From an uncultured Chloroflexia bacterium (GTDB lineage: Bacteria > Chloroflexota > Anaerolineae > Anaerolineales > UBA4823), in assembly GCA_963822175.1 (NCBI GenBank), contig CAWGGJ010000004.1:107349-171348 (forward strand): 64,000 nt of DNA, given 5' to 3'. How positions within the stretch are numbered: the first letter of the stretch is position 1; every line of letters starts with the position of its first letter. The translations under genes were made by a program, and so were the position numbers. Under the pieces are notes generated by a model. It made no database searches, was not told where the DNA came from, and saw only the letters and a list, made by a program, of their open reading frames with translations. Of this stretch, positions 39,567 through 47,711 are shown in pieces.

Positions 39567-41078
39567 TCATTCATTTGGAGTGAGTATTATTACCTCTGGC
39601 AAAATTTCCATCTGATAATTCTCTCTAAGTGCTTCAGCTAGGGGTGGAACCCAACAACATGCTTTATTAATCGTGTCGCCTCCGATTACCACCAAAGGAA
39701 AGTCCTGCTGGTTTATTCGTTCAGAAAAATCGGATGGATCCCATAAACCTGCCTGGTATAACTGACCATACTCGAATGGTTGGTAATAAATGTCCTGACC
39801 GGAGAGAACAACCATATCTAAATAATCATCAGACAAAACAATACCCTCTCTCGTTGATGCTTTAATCTGTTGAAACAACCTATCATAAATCGGAAGGTTT
39901 TCCATGCGACTGGTGATAACCGTTTGAGTAATCGGAATCGATCCAATTAACACCCAAATGAGCTGGATCATTATTAATCCGGAAATCACCCACCTGGTTG
40001 GTTTATTTTGATCTATGATCATCTTTAATCCAATTGAAAACCAGATAGAACATACCGCCATCAGCTCAAGAAAGTAATTGATGTCTGAACCAACTTTTCC
40101 AACAGTTATGGCAGTGATAAGTGCACCCAATGAGTACGGACATAAACCAAACAACAAAAAAGGATCAAATTTGTCATGGTCAGGGTAGGTCTGTTTTCTA
40201 ATTAAACTTTCTCGAATAATAAGTATTATGACTGCTGCACTGCCGACCAGGATGACCGGCCAAATTACGAATAATTGTTTCAACATCATCATAGTTCTTG
40301 AAAAATCATATATATTAATATTTGCAACCACAATATTGGTAAAAAAGCCACCATTGGTTAGTGCATTAATCATTCCAAAAATCAGCAGAGTTGAAAAACC
40401 CATAATTATTAAATAAACAATTGCTCGACGACGGTTCAGGTGCCAAAGCCAAACAAATCCAGCCAATGGACCTGCAAGGATATATGTCTGCCGAGTATAG
40501 GCAGAAGCTAAAAAACATATACATGCCAAACATATCCATCCAAGTGCATCTCTTCTTACAAACAATATGAACAGCCCAAGCAGGCTAAATGCCAATGCCA
40601 TCATATCGACCCGTGCCAGTGATGACCAGGTCATGACGTAAGGATTGCCCAAGAATATGATTGAAGCTGTGGCACCAAGAAGTTGATTATTAGTCAAACG
40701 GTAGCTGAATACACCGATTAAAGCTGAGCAAATTAAAGAAAAAAATAATGAAATTATCCGTCCGGTTTGAAATAGTGGGATTTTTGTGACCGAATTAATT
40801 GAAGCAACCAGCAGGGTATACAGCGGTGGATAGTTTGCCACTACATATGGTTCAATATTGAAGTCTGATTTATAAATAGTTTCATGTTGCATAATCCGTC
40901 GTGCCTGATCCATCAGGGGGGCTTCGCCATAATCCATGCCATATCGAAAACGAATTATGTTAAAAGTTGTCCAAGTAAACAGGATTAAAATTATCAATAT
41001 ATATATCTGGTAGAATGATTTTTCCAACCTGGGAAGCAATGCGTTTGATGATTTTTTATCCACATAAGCATTATACAT
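39567..41078 (-). CDS. ArnT/PMT-like (GT39/GT83-type) GT-C membrane glycosyltransferase; first gene of the minus-strand operon
   Basis: 503 aa with about 12 TM and a C-terminal soluble domain. The first loop YGMDYGEAPLMDQARRI...NYPPLY is typical of ArnT-like enzymes. Confidence 0.6.
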   Translation of the reverse strand: MYNAYVDKKSSNALLPRLEKSFYQIYILIILILFTWTTFNIIRFRYGMDYGEAPLMDQARRIMQHETIYKSDFNIEPYVVANYPPLYTLLVASINSVTKIPLFQTGRIISLFFSLICSALIGVFSYRLTNNQLLGATASIIFLGNPYVMTWSSLARVDMMALAFSLLGLFILFVRRDALGWICLACICFLASAYTRQTYILAGPLAGFVWLWHLNRRRAIVYLIIMGFSTLLIFGMINALTNGGFFTNIVVANINIYDFSRTMMMLKQLFVIWPVILVGSAAVIILIIRESLIRKQTYPDHDKFDPFLLFGLCPYSLGALITAITVGKVGSDINYFLELMAVCSIWFSIGLKMIIDQNKPTRWVISGLIMIQLIWVLIGSIPITQTVITSRMENLPIYDRLFQQIKASTREGIVLSDDYLDMVVLSGQDIYYQPFEYGQLYQAGLWDPSDFSERINQQDFPLVVIGGDTINKACCWVPPLAEALRENYQMEILPEVIILTPNE

Positions 41079-41123
41079 GAGGCTGATTTTTTTCTTATTA
41101 TTAGAATTGTCAGGTGATGGTAG

Positions 41124-41152
41124 TTGCTGCGTATGTTTACATGTGCTATACT
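41124..41152 (+). promoter_or_regulatory. Candidate sigma-70 promoter for the histidine kinase gene
   Basis: TTGCTG, 17 nt, TATACT. The -10 element ends about 48 nt upstream of the ATG at 41201. Confidence 0.35.
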
Positions 41153-41200
41153 CGAAGAAGACATAAATATGAGAGTTAATAAGGGTGAGGAGCCGGTATT

Positions 41201-42274
41201 ATGAATTTGCCAGATAAATCCATGACCGAAGAAGATCTTTCGACCTGGGAGAAGCTTAAACTGGATTGTCGAAATGAATTGGAGCAAGCACAAAAAGAAT
41301 TAAAAGAAATTCTCATGTTGATTGAGCAAAGTCAGCTTGAAACATCCAGGCTACAGCAAAGAAATGCATCAATTTCTGCCCACCTACAACAGATTCAATC
41401 ACAAATTGATTCGATACCTAAGGCTGATATTCGCATGGCTTACGATGCTGCTTTGGACGCCCAGCAAAGATTGTTTGTAATGCGGGGGCAAATTGAAAAA
41501 TTACAAAGTGACCATTCGCATATTGAACATTATCTTTCAATTTTGGAGCGCGTCAATGAGGCCTTAGAAATTGGCCAGATTGATATGGGTGGATCACCGA
41601 AGGATCAAACCACGCTCGCAAAGACGGTGGAAATGATCATTCAGGCTCAGGAAGCGGAAAGAGGACGCCTTGCTCGCCAGATGCATGATGGACCTGCACA
41701 AGCGCTTTCAAATTTCATTTTACAAACAGAAATTGCGATGCGGCTTTTTGAAATTGATCAGGTAAAGGCGAAAGAAGAACTTGCAGGTATTAAGTCATCT
41801 GCATCATCAACTTTCCAAAAAGTAAGAGATTTTATTTTTGATTTACGTCCAATGATGCTAGATGATTTGGGTTTGGTGCCCACATTAACTCGTTATATCG
41901 AGACATTTAAAGAACAATTGGGAATTGAGGTTCGATTTATATCAACTGGAATGGAGCAGCGATTTGAACCGTATAAAGAAGTGATGGTTTTTCGCGCGAT
42001 CCAGGAACTACTTGCAAACATTGCTCGGCATAGCCAGGCTACACAGGTAATTATCCAAATGGATACTTCATCAACTGCGTTCCGAGTGAGTATCGAGGAT
42101 AATGGGAAGGGTTTTGATCCTGATAAAATGCACGAAAAGGGTGGAATGGGGCTAAAAGTCATCCGTGACCGGGTTCAAATGCTTGGGGGAACTGTGGAGA
42201 TAAACAGCTCAATCGGTCATGGTGCACACATTTTAATTCAAATACCAACAACGAGTGCGGATGCCTTTGCATGA
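41201..42274 (+). CDS. Cytoplasmic (no TM) HisKA_3-type sensor histidine kinase, DegS-like, with an N-terminal coiled coil
   Basis: 357 aa. H-box EAERGRLARQMHDGPAQALSN. HATPase N/G boxes IQELLANIARHS, DNGKGFD, GGMGLKVIRDRV. No hydrophobic segment and no cognate NarL-type regulator adjacent. Confidence 0.8.
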   Translation: MNLPDKSMTEEDLSTWEKLKLDCRNELEQAQKELKEILMLIEQSQLETSRLQQRNASISAHLQQIQSQIDSIPKADIRMAYDAALDAQQRLFVMRGQIEKLQSDHSHIEHYLSILERVNEALEIGQIDMGGSPKDQTTLAKTVEMIIQAQEAERGRLARQMHDGPAQALSNFILQTEIAMRLFEIDQVKAKEELAGIKSSASSTFQKVRDFIFDLRPMMLDDLGLVPTLTRYIETFKEQLGIEVRFISTGMEQRFEPYKEVMVFRAIQELLANIARHSQATQVIIQMDTSSTAFRVSIEDNGKGFDPDKMHEKGGMGLKVIRDRVQMLGGTVEINSSIGHGAHILIQIPTTSADAFA

Positions 42275-42331
42275 TCGTTAGGTAACCTATTGCATTTTCA
42301 TATTGATTTTTTTCCGAGTATTGCATATAAT
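42266..42331 (+). promoter_or_regulatory. flp-1 promoter (TTGATT, 17 nt, TATAAT) with conserved upstream box TTTGCATGATCGTTAGG
   Basis: -35 at 42303-42308 and -10 at 42326-42331. The box at 42266-42282 lies exactly 20 nt upstream of the -35. The box overlaps the stop codon of the kinase gene. Confidence 0.6.
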
Positions 42332-42386
42332 TATGCACACTTCGGTTTACTACCGAAGAATCCATAATGGAAAGGAGGTGAACGCG

Positions 42387-42539
42387 ATGTTGTTCTCACC
42401 TAAGGAAAAGGGTCAGGGCATGGTTGAATATGCGTTAATTATTGTATTGATCGCAATTGTTGTCATTGTTATACTCACCGTACTCGGCACCCAAATCTCA
42501 ACAGTGTTTAGCCAGATTTCTTCAGCACTCAGAACCTAA
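42387..42539 (+). CDS. flp: Flp/Fap-family type IVb (Tad) prepilin, copy 1
   Basis: 50 aa: MLFSPKEKGQG|MVEYALIIVLIAIVVIVILTVLGTQISTVFSQISSALRT. Has the G-x-x-x-x-EY processing motif and a hydrophobic helix. SD is AAAGGAGGTGA. The track ORF starts further upstream. Confidence 0.85.
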   Translation: MLFSPKEKGQGMVEYALIIVLIAIVVIVILTVLGTQISTVFSQISSALRT

Positions 42540-42560
42540 ATATAATATTTTCACAAATTA

Positions 42561-42582
42561 GGACCCGGTGAAAGCTGGGTCC
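42561..42582 (+). terminator. Hairpin after flp-1 (weak T tract)
   Basis: GGACCCGG-tgaaag-CTGGGTCC. Shares the GGACCCG/CGGGTCC core with the hairpins after flp-2 and flp-3. Confidence 0.45.
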
Positions 42583-42786
42583 TAATGATTTAATTCTGTT
42601 GATTTTCAGAAAAATAATTATAGAAAGTGTTGTGATATGTATTAAAAAATGCATGGAATAAAATTCCTGGCTGGAATGGTTGAGCATCAAGTGGGGGAAT
42701 CATGGGAGATCGGAATATGAAAGTTTATATATATTCATTCCAATTCGCACATTATATTTCATTGAACCATTGGATATACAGTTTAG

Positions 42787-42851
42787 TTTGCATAATTGTT
42801 AGGGATTATTAAGCGTTTCTATATTGATTTTTCCTTTTTTTTTTATATAAT
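42787..42851 (+). promoter_or_regulatory. flp-2 promoter (TTGATT, 16 nt, TATAAT) with upstream box TTTGCATAATTGTTAGG
   Basis: -35 at 42824-42829 and -10 at 42846-42851. The box at 42787-42803 is again 20 nt upstream of the -35. Confidence 0.6.
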
Positions 42852-42907
42852 GTATCAAACATTTGGTATTTTATTTCTAAAATCATAATGGAAAGGAGGT
42901 GAATCCA

Positions 42908-43060
42908 ATGTTGTTCTCGCCTAAGGAAAAGGGTCAGGGTATGGTCGAATATGCATTGATTATTGTTTTGATAGCGATTGTTGTCATTATTATTCTTACC
43001 GTCCTCGGAACCCAGATTTCAACAGTCTTCAGCCAGATTTCTTCAGCACTTCGTACCTAA
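42908..43060 (+). CDS. flp: Flp-family prepilin, copy 2 (absent from the supplied ORF track because it is under 60 aa)
   Basis: The ATG at 42908, preceded by GGAAAGGAGGTGAATCCA, gives MLFSPKEKGQGMVEYALIIVLIAIVVIIILTVLGTQISTVFSQISSALRT, ending at TAA 43058-43060. It differs from copy 1 by one residue. Confidence 0.85.
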   Translation: MLFSPKEKGQGMVEYALIIVLIAIVVIIILTVLGTQISTVFSQISSALRT

Positions 43061-43081
43061 AGACAATACCTACTATGACGT

Positions 43082-43111
43082 GGACCCGGCCAATGCCGGG
43101 TCCAATTTTTT
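43082..43111 (+). terminator. Rho-independent terminator after flp-2
   Basis: GGACCCGGC-caat-GCCGGGTCC (9 bp) followed by AATTTTTT. Confidence 0.75.
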
Positions 43112-43304
43112 AATCAAGACCATTATTCGAATGATTGGTGGGAAATGCAATTGGATCAGCACCAGAATTGGCTTGTTGGTATGCTTAACCGGCAATTGGA
43201 TTAATATGTAAAATACATGAATCGACGACCACATACCAAGGAAAAATTATTTTATTTATCAGCTACATGTGGAATTACAATTCAAAGTGATAAATACAGT
43301 TGGG

Positions 43305-43370
43305 TTTGCATATTTGTTAGGGGCTGTTAAGCAAAAATATATTGATTAATTTATCAATATTTCATATAAT
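43305..43370 (+). promoter_or_regulatory. flp-3 promoter (TTGATT, 17 nt, TATAAT) with upstream box TTTGCATATTTGTTAGG
   Basis: -35 at 43342-43347 and -10 at 43365-43370. The box at 43305-43321 is 20 nt upstream of the -35. Confidence 0.6.
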
Positions 43371-43426
43371 GATGCAGAAATTAGATAAATCAATTGATGA
43401 TACAAAATGGAAAGGAGGTGAATCCA

Positions 43427-43579
43427 ATGTTGTTCTCGCCGAAGGAAAAGGGTCAGGGTATGGTCGAATATGCATTGATTATTGTTTTGATAGCGATTGT
43501 TGTCATTATTATTCTAACCGTTCTCGGAACCCAGATTTCGACAGTCTTTAGCCAGATATCGTCTGCTCTGGCGACCTAG
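43427..43579 (+). CDS. flp: Flp-family prepilin, copy 3
   Basis: MLFSPKEKGQGMVEYALIIVLIAIVVIIILTVLGTQISTVFSQISSALAT. Same SD as copy 2. The last two residues are AT rather than RT. Confidence 0.85.
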   Translation: MLFSPKEKGQGMVEYALIIVLIAIVVIIILTVLGTQISTVFSQISSALAT

Positions 43580-43600
43580 TTGACCAGTTTTTCATATATT

Positions 43601-43631
43601 GGACCCGTGAATTTCCGGGTCCATTTTTTTT
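43601..43631 (+). terminator. Rho-independent terminator after flp-3
   Basis: GGACCCG-tgaatttc-CGGGTCC followed by ATTTTTTTT. Confidence 0.75.
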
Positions 43632-43795
43632 GATTAATATGGTATAAATCTTGCAGCCTATGGGTGGTAAAGTTTAATGATTTCAGGTAGACTTATATGA
43701 ATTGGGGACGAGGTCCCTTGAACTTGACTTTTGACATAATGGTCGTATGATTAATCGATTGGCATTTCTGAAAAACCTGAGCATGGGAGGTTGAT

Positions 43796-44965
43796 ATGCG
43801 CCGTGGAAGAATTTTTTTTCTGTTAGCATTAATCATTGTGGTTGGACTAGCTTTAGTATATGTAGTCTACAGTAGAGGATTGTTGTTTCCGAACCCATCC
43901 GGATCCGGCGAAGAAATAACTGCTCCAGTTGCTACAGCAACACCGATTGCCACAACTAAGGTGGTAGTTAATACCCAACGGATACAGCGCGGTGAAACCA
44001 TAACTGCAGATAAGCTGGATATGCAAGAGTATCAGGCAGATCTAGTTTTACCGATCATGTATACGGACATGAATCTGGTCGTTGGGAAGATGGCTCGGTA
44101 CTCAATGGATCCATATACCGTGATGACTTCTGCAGTGGTCACGGATTCACCAGACACCGAACAGGGATCTGATGATGCATTGTTTATATCCCCGGGTATG
44201 GTTGCTGTTTCAATTCCAATAACAAGGTTATCTAGTGTATCTTATGCCCCACAAAGGGGAGATCATGTAAATGTAATTGTCACTATGTTATTTGTTGACC
44301 TGGATCCTTCCTGGCAGACAATTCTTCCGAATTGGACTGGTAATGTGATTGCTCCAGCTGGCGGTGGAATAGCAGAAGGCGCTGGTGCCCTACCCTCGGA
44401 AGGCCTTACTACATTATTTGCCCAGCCATTCCGTGGGGTTTCCGAGCAAGGACGTCCCGAAAATGATCCACTCCTGGACCAAACTTTTTATATCCTGCCA
44501 TCCGAGGCTCAACGTCCACGCCTGGTGAGTCAAACTTTGATTCAAAATGTGATTGTGCTTCAGATGGGAAACTTCTTGACCCCAGCTGAAAAAGCAGCGT
44601 TGGAGGCGACACAACCTGCTGCGACTGCCACACCTGAACCTGGTTCAGAACAAGCACAGCAAGAACAAGGTGCTGCAACACCCACCCCAAAACCAGCTCC
44701 TCCCGATGTGATTACACTAATTGTAAATCCACAAGATGCAGTTACATTAAATTATCTGATTTATGGTGGCGCACAATTAACCCTTGTTTTACGGAATCCT
44801 CGAGATGTTGAGGTTCCGGCAACCGAGGCTGTAACTCTTTCATATCTGCTTGATCAGTACAATATACCAATTCCAGTCAAGTTACCGTATGGTTTTCAAC
44901 CCGCAGTACAGGAATTGATCTCACCATCGCTCCCAAATGATCTAACTCCGACACCAGAGCAATAA
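43796..44965 (+). CDS. cpaB: Flp pilus assembly protein CpaB/RcpC-like (N-terminal TM, SAF-like domain, Pro/Thr/Ala-rich insert)
   Basis: 389 aa. N-terminus MRRGRIFFLLALIIVVGLALVYVV. The region ...QRIQRGETITADKL.. is SAF-like. Position is first in the tad assembly operon. Confidence 0.7.
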   Translation: MRRGRIFFLLALIIVVGLALVYVVYSRGLLFPNPSGSGEEITAPVATATPIATTKVVVNTQRIQRGETITADKLDMQEYQADLVLPIMYTDMNLVVGKMARYSMDPYTVMTSAVVTDSPDTEQGSDDALFISPGMVAVSIPITRLSSVSYAPQRGDHVNVIVTMLFVDLDPSWQTILPNWTGNVIAPAGGGIAEGAGALPSEGLTTLFAQPFRGVSEQGRPENDPLLDQTFYILPSEAQRPRLVSQTLIQNVIVLQMGNFLTPAEKAALEATQPAATATPEPGSEQAQQEQGAATPTPKPAPPDVITLIVNPQDAVTLNYLIYGGAQLTLVLRNPRDVEVPATEAVTLSYLLDQYNIPIPVKLPYGFQPAVQELISPSLPNDLTPTPEQ

Positions 44966-44991
44966 CAAGAATTCATCATAGGAGTTAATGC

Positions 44992-46245
44992 ATGGTAGAT
45001 TCTGAGAAAATTCGGGTAGTAATAGTTGATGATATTGCTGAAACGCGTGAGAATATCAGGAAGTTATTACAATTCGAACCTGATGTAGAAGTTGTAGGGA
45101 TTGCAAGGACAGGAAGAGAAGCTATTGATATAGCCAAAGATGTCAAGCCAGATGTCCTTTTGATGGATATTAATATGCCTGACATGGATGGTATTGCTGC
45201 AACCGAAATCATCCAAAAAACGGTTCCGTTTACTCAAATAGTGATCCTGTCTATTCAAAATGACCCCAACTACATGCGGCGTGCATTAATCGCAGGTGCT
45301 CGTGATTTTCTTACAAAACCTCCAACTATTGATGAATTGAACTCAGCGATAAGGCGGGCGGGTAGTAGGGCTCGTGAAGAGCGAGCTAAGGTTCCTCAGG
45401 TAAGTGGGGTTCAAACAGCACGGTCCGCTGGGGTACATACAAGTGGAACCTCCGGAGCAGGTGGTCGGGTAATAACGTTTTATAGCCCAAAAGGAGGTTC
45501 TGGTTGTACAACTCTGGCAACAAATCTGGCTGTTTGCCTGAACAACGAGAACACTTCAGTTGTAATTGTGGATGGGAATTTACAGTTTGGAGATGTAGCA
45601 GTATTTCTAAATGAGCAAGGGAAATTTAGTATCTTAGATTTAACACCTCGTGCTGATGAATTGGATCCGGATATTATTGATAACGTAACCATCAAACACG
45701 CACAATCTGGTATAAAAATCCTGGCAGCACCGATGAAACCTGAACAGGCTGATTCCGTCACGGCGGAGCAGTTTTCAAAAGTAATTAGATATCTACACGA
45801 GATTTTTTCCTACGTGATAATTGATACAGCTTCCTTACTGACGAATATCACAGCAACTGCTATTGATAATAGCGATCTCCTTATATTGCTTACCACTCAA
45901 GATATACCATCTATAAAGAATTCGCGATTATTCTTGGATGAGATCGATGCTTTAGGTTTTGACCGGAAGAGAATCATCTTTGTGATGAATAAATATGATA
46001 AGCGTATCGGGATTACCCCAGAGAAAGTTAGTGAAAACCTTAAGCAGGAGATAACTTCTGTAATTCCGTTTGAAGAGAGGGTGATCGTGTCTGTTAATCG
46101 TGGTATTCCTTTTTTACTGGTCGATAAATCTCGGCCATTGTCACGTTCGATTCTATCTCTTGCTGAAACAGTAAGACAGCGAATTTCTGAGCTGGAATCT
46201 CAAACTGATCTTCAAGTACCTGGTAAAGTTAGCGGTAAAAAATAA
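44992..46245 (+). CDS. tadZ: TadZ/CpaE-like ParA/MinD-family ATPase fused to an apparently canonical response-regulator receiver domain
   Basis: The receiver has the acidic pair (VIVDD), phospho-acceptor context (VLLMDINMPDMDG), ILS and TKP. After a linker comes the deviant Walker A, FYSPKGGSGCTTLATNLA. Confidence 0.8.
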   Translation: MVDSEKIRVVIVDDIAETRENIRKLLQFEPDVEVVGIARTGREAIDIAKDVKPDVLLMDINMPDMDGIAATEIIQKTVPFTQIVILSIQNDPNYMRRALIAGARDFLTKPPTIDELNSAIRRAGSRAREERAKVPQVSGVQTARSAGVHTSGTSGAGGRVITFYSPKGGSGCTTLATNLAVCLNNENTSVVIVDGNLQFGDVAVFLNEQGKFSILDLTPRADELDPDIIDNVTIKHAQSGIKILAAPMKPEQADSVTAEQFSKVIRYLHEIFSYVIIDTASLLTNITATAIDNSDLLILLTTQDIPSIKNSRLFLDEIDALGFDRKRIIFVMNKYDKRIGITPEKVSENLKQEITSVIPFEERVIVSVNRGIPFLLVDKSRPLSRSILSLAETVRQRISELESQTDLQVPGKVSGKK

Positions 46246-46274
46246 GTGTGATATATTGAATTGGAGTAATCAAA

Positions 46275-47681
46275 ATGTCTCTCCTAAAACGAATTGAACA
46301 AGGCAAAACCAGTCCACCAACATCCGGGCAGACTTCTGGCGGACTCGGACAGCCAAGTCTGATAAATACGCAAGCACGCAGAGTTGTTCCGCCTGGTGTG
46401 AGCGGGCAAAAAGATACCTATACCGATCTGAAGACCAGAGTTCAAAATCGGTTGTTATCAGAGCTAGATCCATCAATGGATATTACCCGGATAACAGAAG
46501 TACGAAGTACTATCCAGGATCTTTTTGAACAAGTGCTCGCTGAAGAAAACATCGTTCTATCACGTCCTGAAAGACAACGTCTGTTTGAGCAAATCAGTGC
46601 AGAAATACTGGGATTTGGTCCTCTGCAACCACTTCTTGAAGATGAGACCATTACAGAAGTGATGGTCAATGGGGCAAAAAATATCTATATTGAGCGTGCG
46701 GGGAAGATCATCAGGATTCCGGTAGCTTTTGAAAGTGATGAACATGTTATGCGTATTATTGATCGTATCGTGGCTCCCCTTGGCCGGCGTATTGATGAAT
46801 CCAGTCCTTATGTAGATGCACGATTACCTGATGGCTCCCGCGTTAATGCCGTTATTCCACCCATTTCCTTAGTTGGCCCAGTACTAACAGTACGAAAGTT
46901 TGCTAAAAATCCCATCACTCTGGAGCAATTGATACAGTATGGGACAATCACCCCAGAGGCACTTCAATTCCTGAAAGCGTGTGTAGAATCCAGGCTAAAT
47001 ATGATCATTTCTGGTGGGACTGGCTCTGGAAAAACCACGCTGCTGAATATTCTTTCCCAATTTATTCCAGCAGATGAACGTATAGTCACGGTAGAAAACG
47101 CAGCTGAGTTGCAACTTAGGCAAGAACATGTCGTTACATTGGAGTCACGGCCGCCAAATATTGAAGGTCGTGGAGAGGTAACGATACGTCAGTTGGTCAT
47201 CAACTGCTTGCGTATGCGACCTGATAGAATCATTGTTGGTGAAATCCGAGACGAAGCTGCATTGGACATGTTACAAGCGATGAATACTGGACATGATGGT
47301 TCAATGACAACAGCCCACTCAAATAGTCCAAGAGATACACTCGCACGTTTAGAGACAATGGTGATGATGGCAGGAATGGAATTGCCGGTTCGTGCAATTC
47401 GGGAACAAGTTTCATCTGCTATTGACTTGATTATTCACCAGGAACGAATGAGAGACGGTACCCGCAAGGTTGTTAATATCACCGAAGTCTCAGGAATGGA
47501 AGGTGATGTTATAACAATGACTGATATTTTTGTCTTCGAACAATCAGGATTCGAAGGTGGAAAAATTATTGGTAGATTGCGTCCGACAGGCTTACGTCCG
47601 AAGTTTATGGAAAAGATTGAGTCTTCAGGTATTCATCTGCCTCCATCGATATTTGGCATTGGAGAACGCAGGCGTTATTAG
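46275..47681 (+). CDS. cpaF: CpaF/TadA secretion ATPase (type II/IV secretion NTPase family)
   Basis: Walker A ISGGTGSGKTTLLN, Walker B DRIIVGEIRD, His box TGHDGSMTTAHSN. Confidence 0.9.
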   Translation: MSLLKRIEQGKTSPPTSGQTSGGLGQPSLINTQARRVVPPGVSGQKDTYTDLKTRVQNRLLSELDPSMDITRITEVRSTIQDLFEQVLAEENIVLSRPERQRLFEQISAEILGFGPLQPLLEDETITEVMVNGAKNIYIERAGKIIRIPVAFESDEHVMRIIDRIVAPLGRRIDESSPYVDARLPDGSRVNAVIPPISLVGPVLTVRKFAKNPITLEQLIQYGTITPEALQFLKACVESRLNMIISGGTGSGKTTLLNILSQFIPADERIVTVENAAELQLRQEHVVTLESRPPNIEGRGEVTIRQLVINCLRMRPDRIIVGEIRDEAALDMLQAMNTGHDGSMTTAHSNSPRDTLARLETMVMMAGMELPVRAIREQVSSAIDLIIHQERMRDGTRKVVNITEVSGMEGDVITMTDIFVFEQSGFEGGKIIGRLRPTGLRPKFMEKIESSGIHLPPSIFGIGERRRY

Positions 47682-47711
47682 ACCCTTTCTTTGGTGTTGC
47701 TGAGGTAGATC

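Noticed and set aside
42978-43211. Track ORFs 42978..43211, 43342..43551 and the upstream extensions of 42303..42539 and 43394..43579
   Set aside because: These are wrong frames or over-extended starts across the flp cassettes. The conserved SD-ATG and the identical 50-aa products define the real genes.
42266-43634. CRISPR-like or other noncoding repeat array, suggested by three ~520-bp repeats
   Set aside because: The repeats are protein-coding pilin cassettes with SD, start, stop and terminator. Repeat length and spacing do not fit a CRISPR array, and no cas genes are present.
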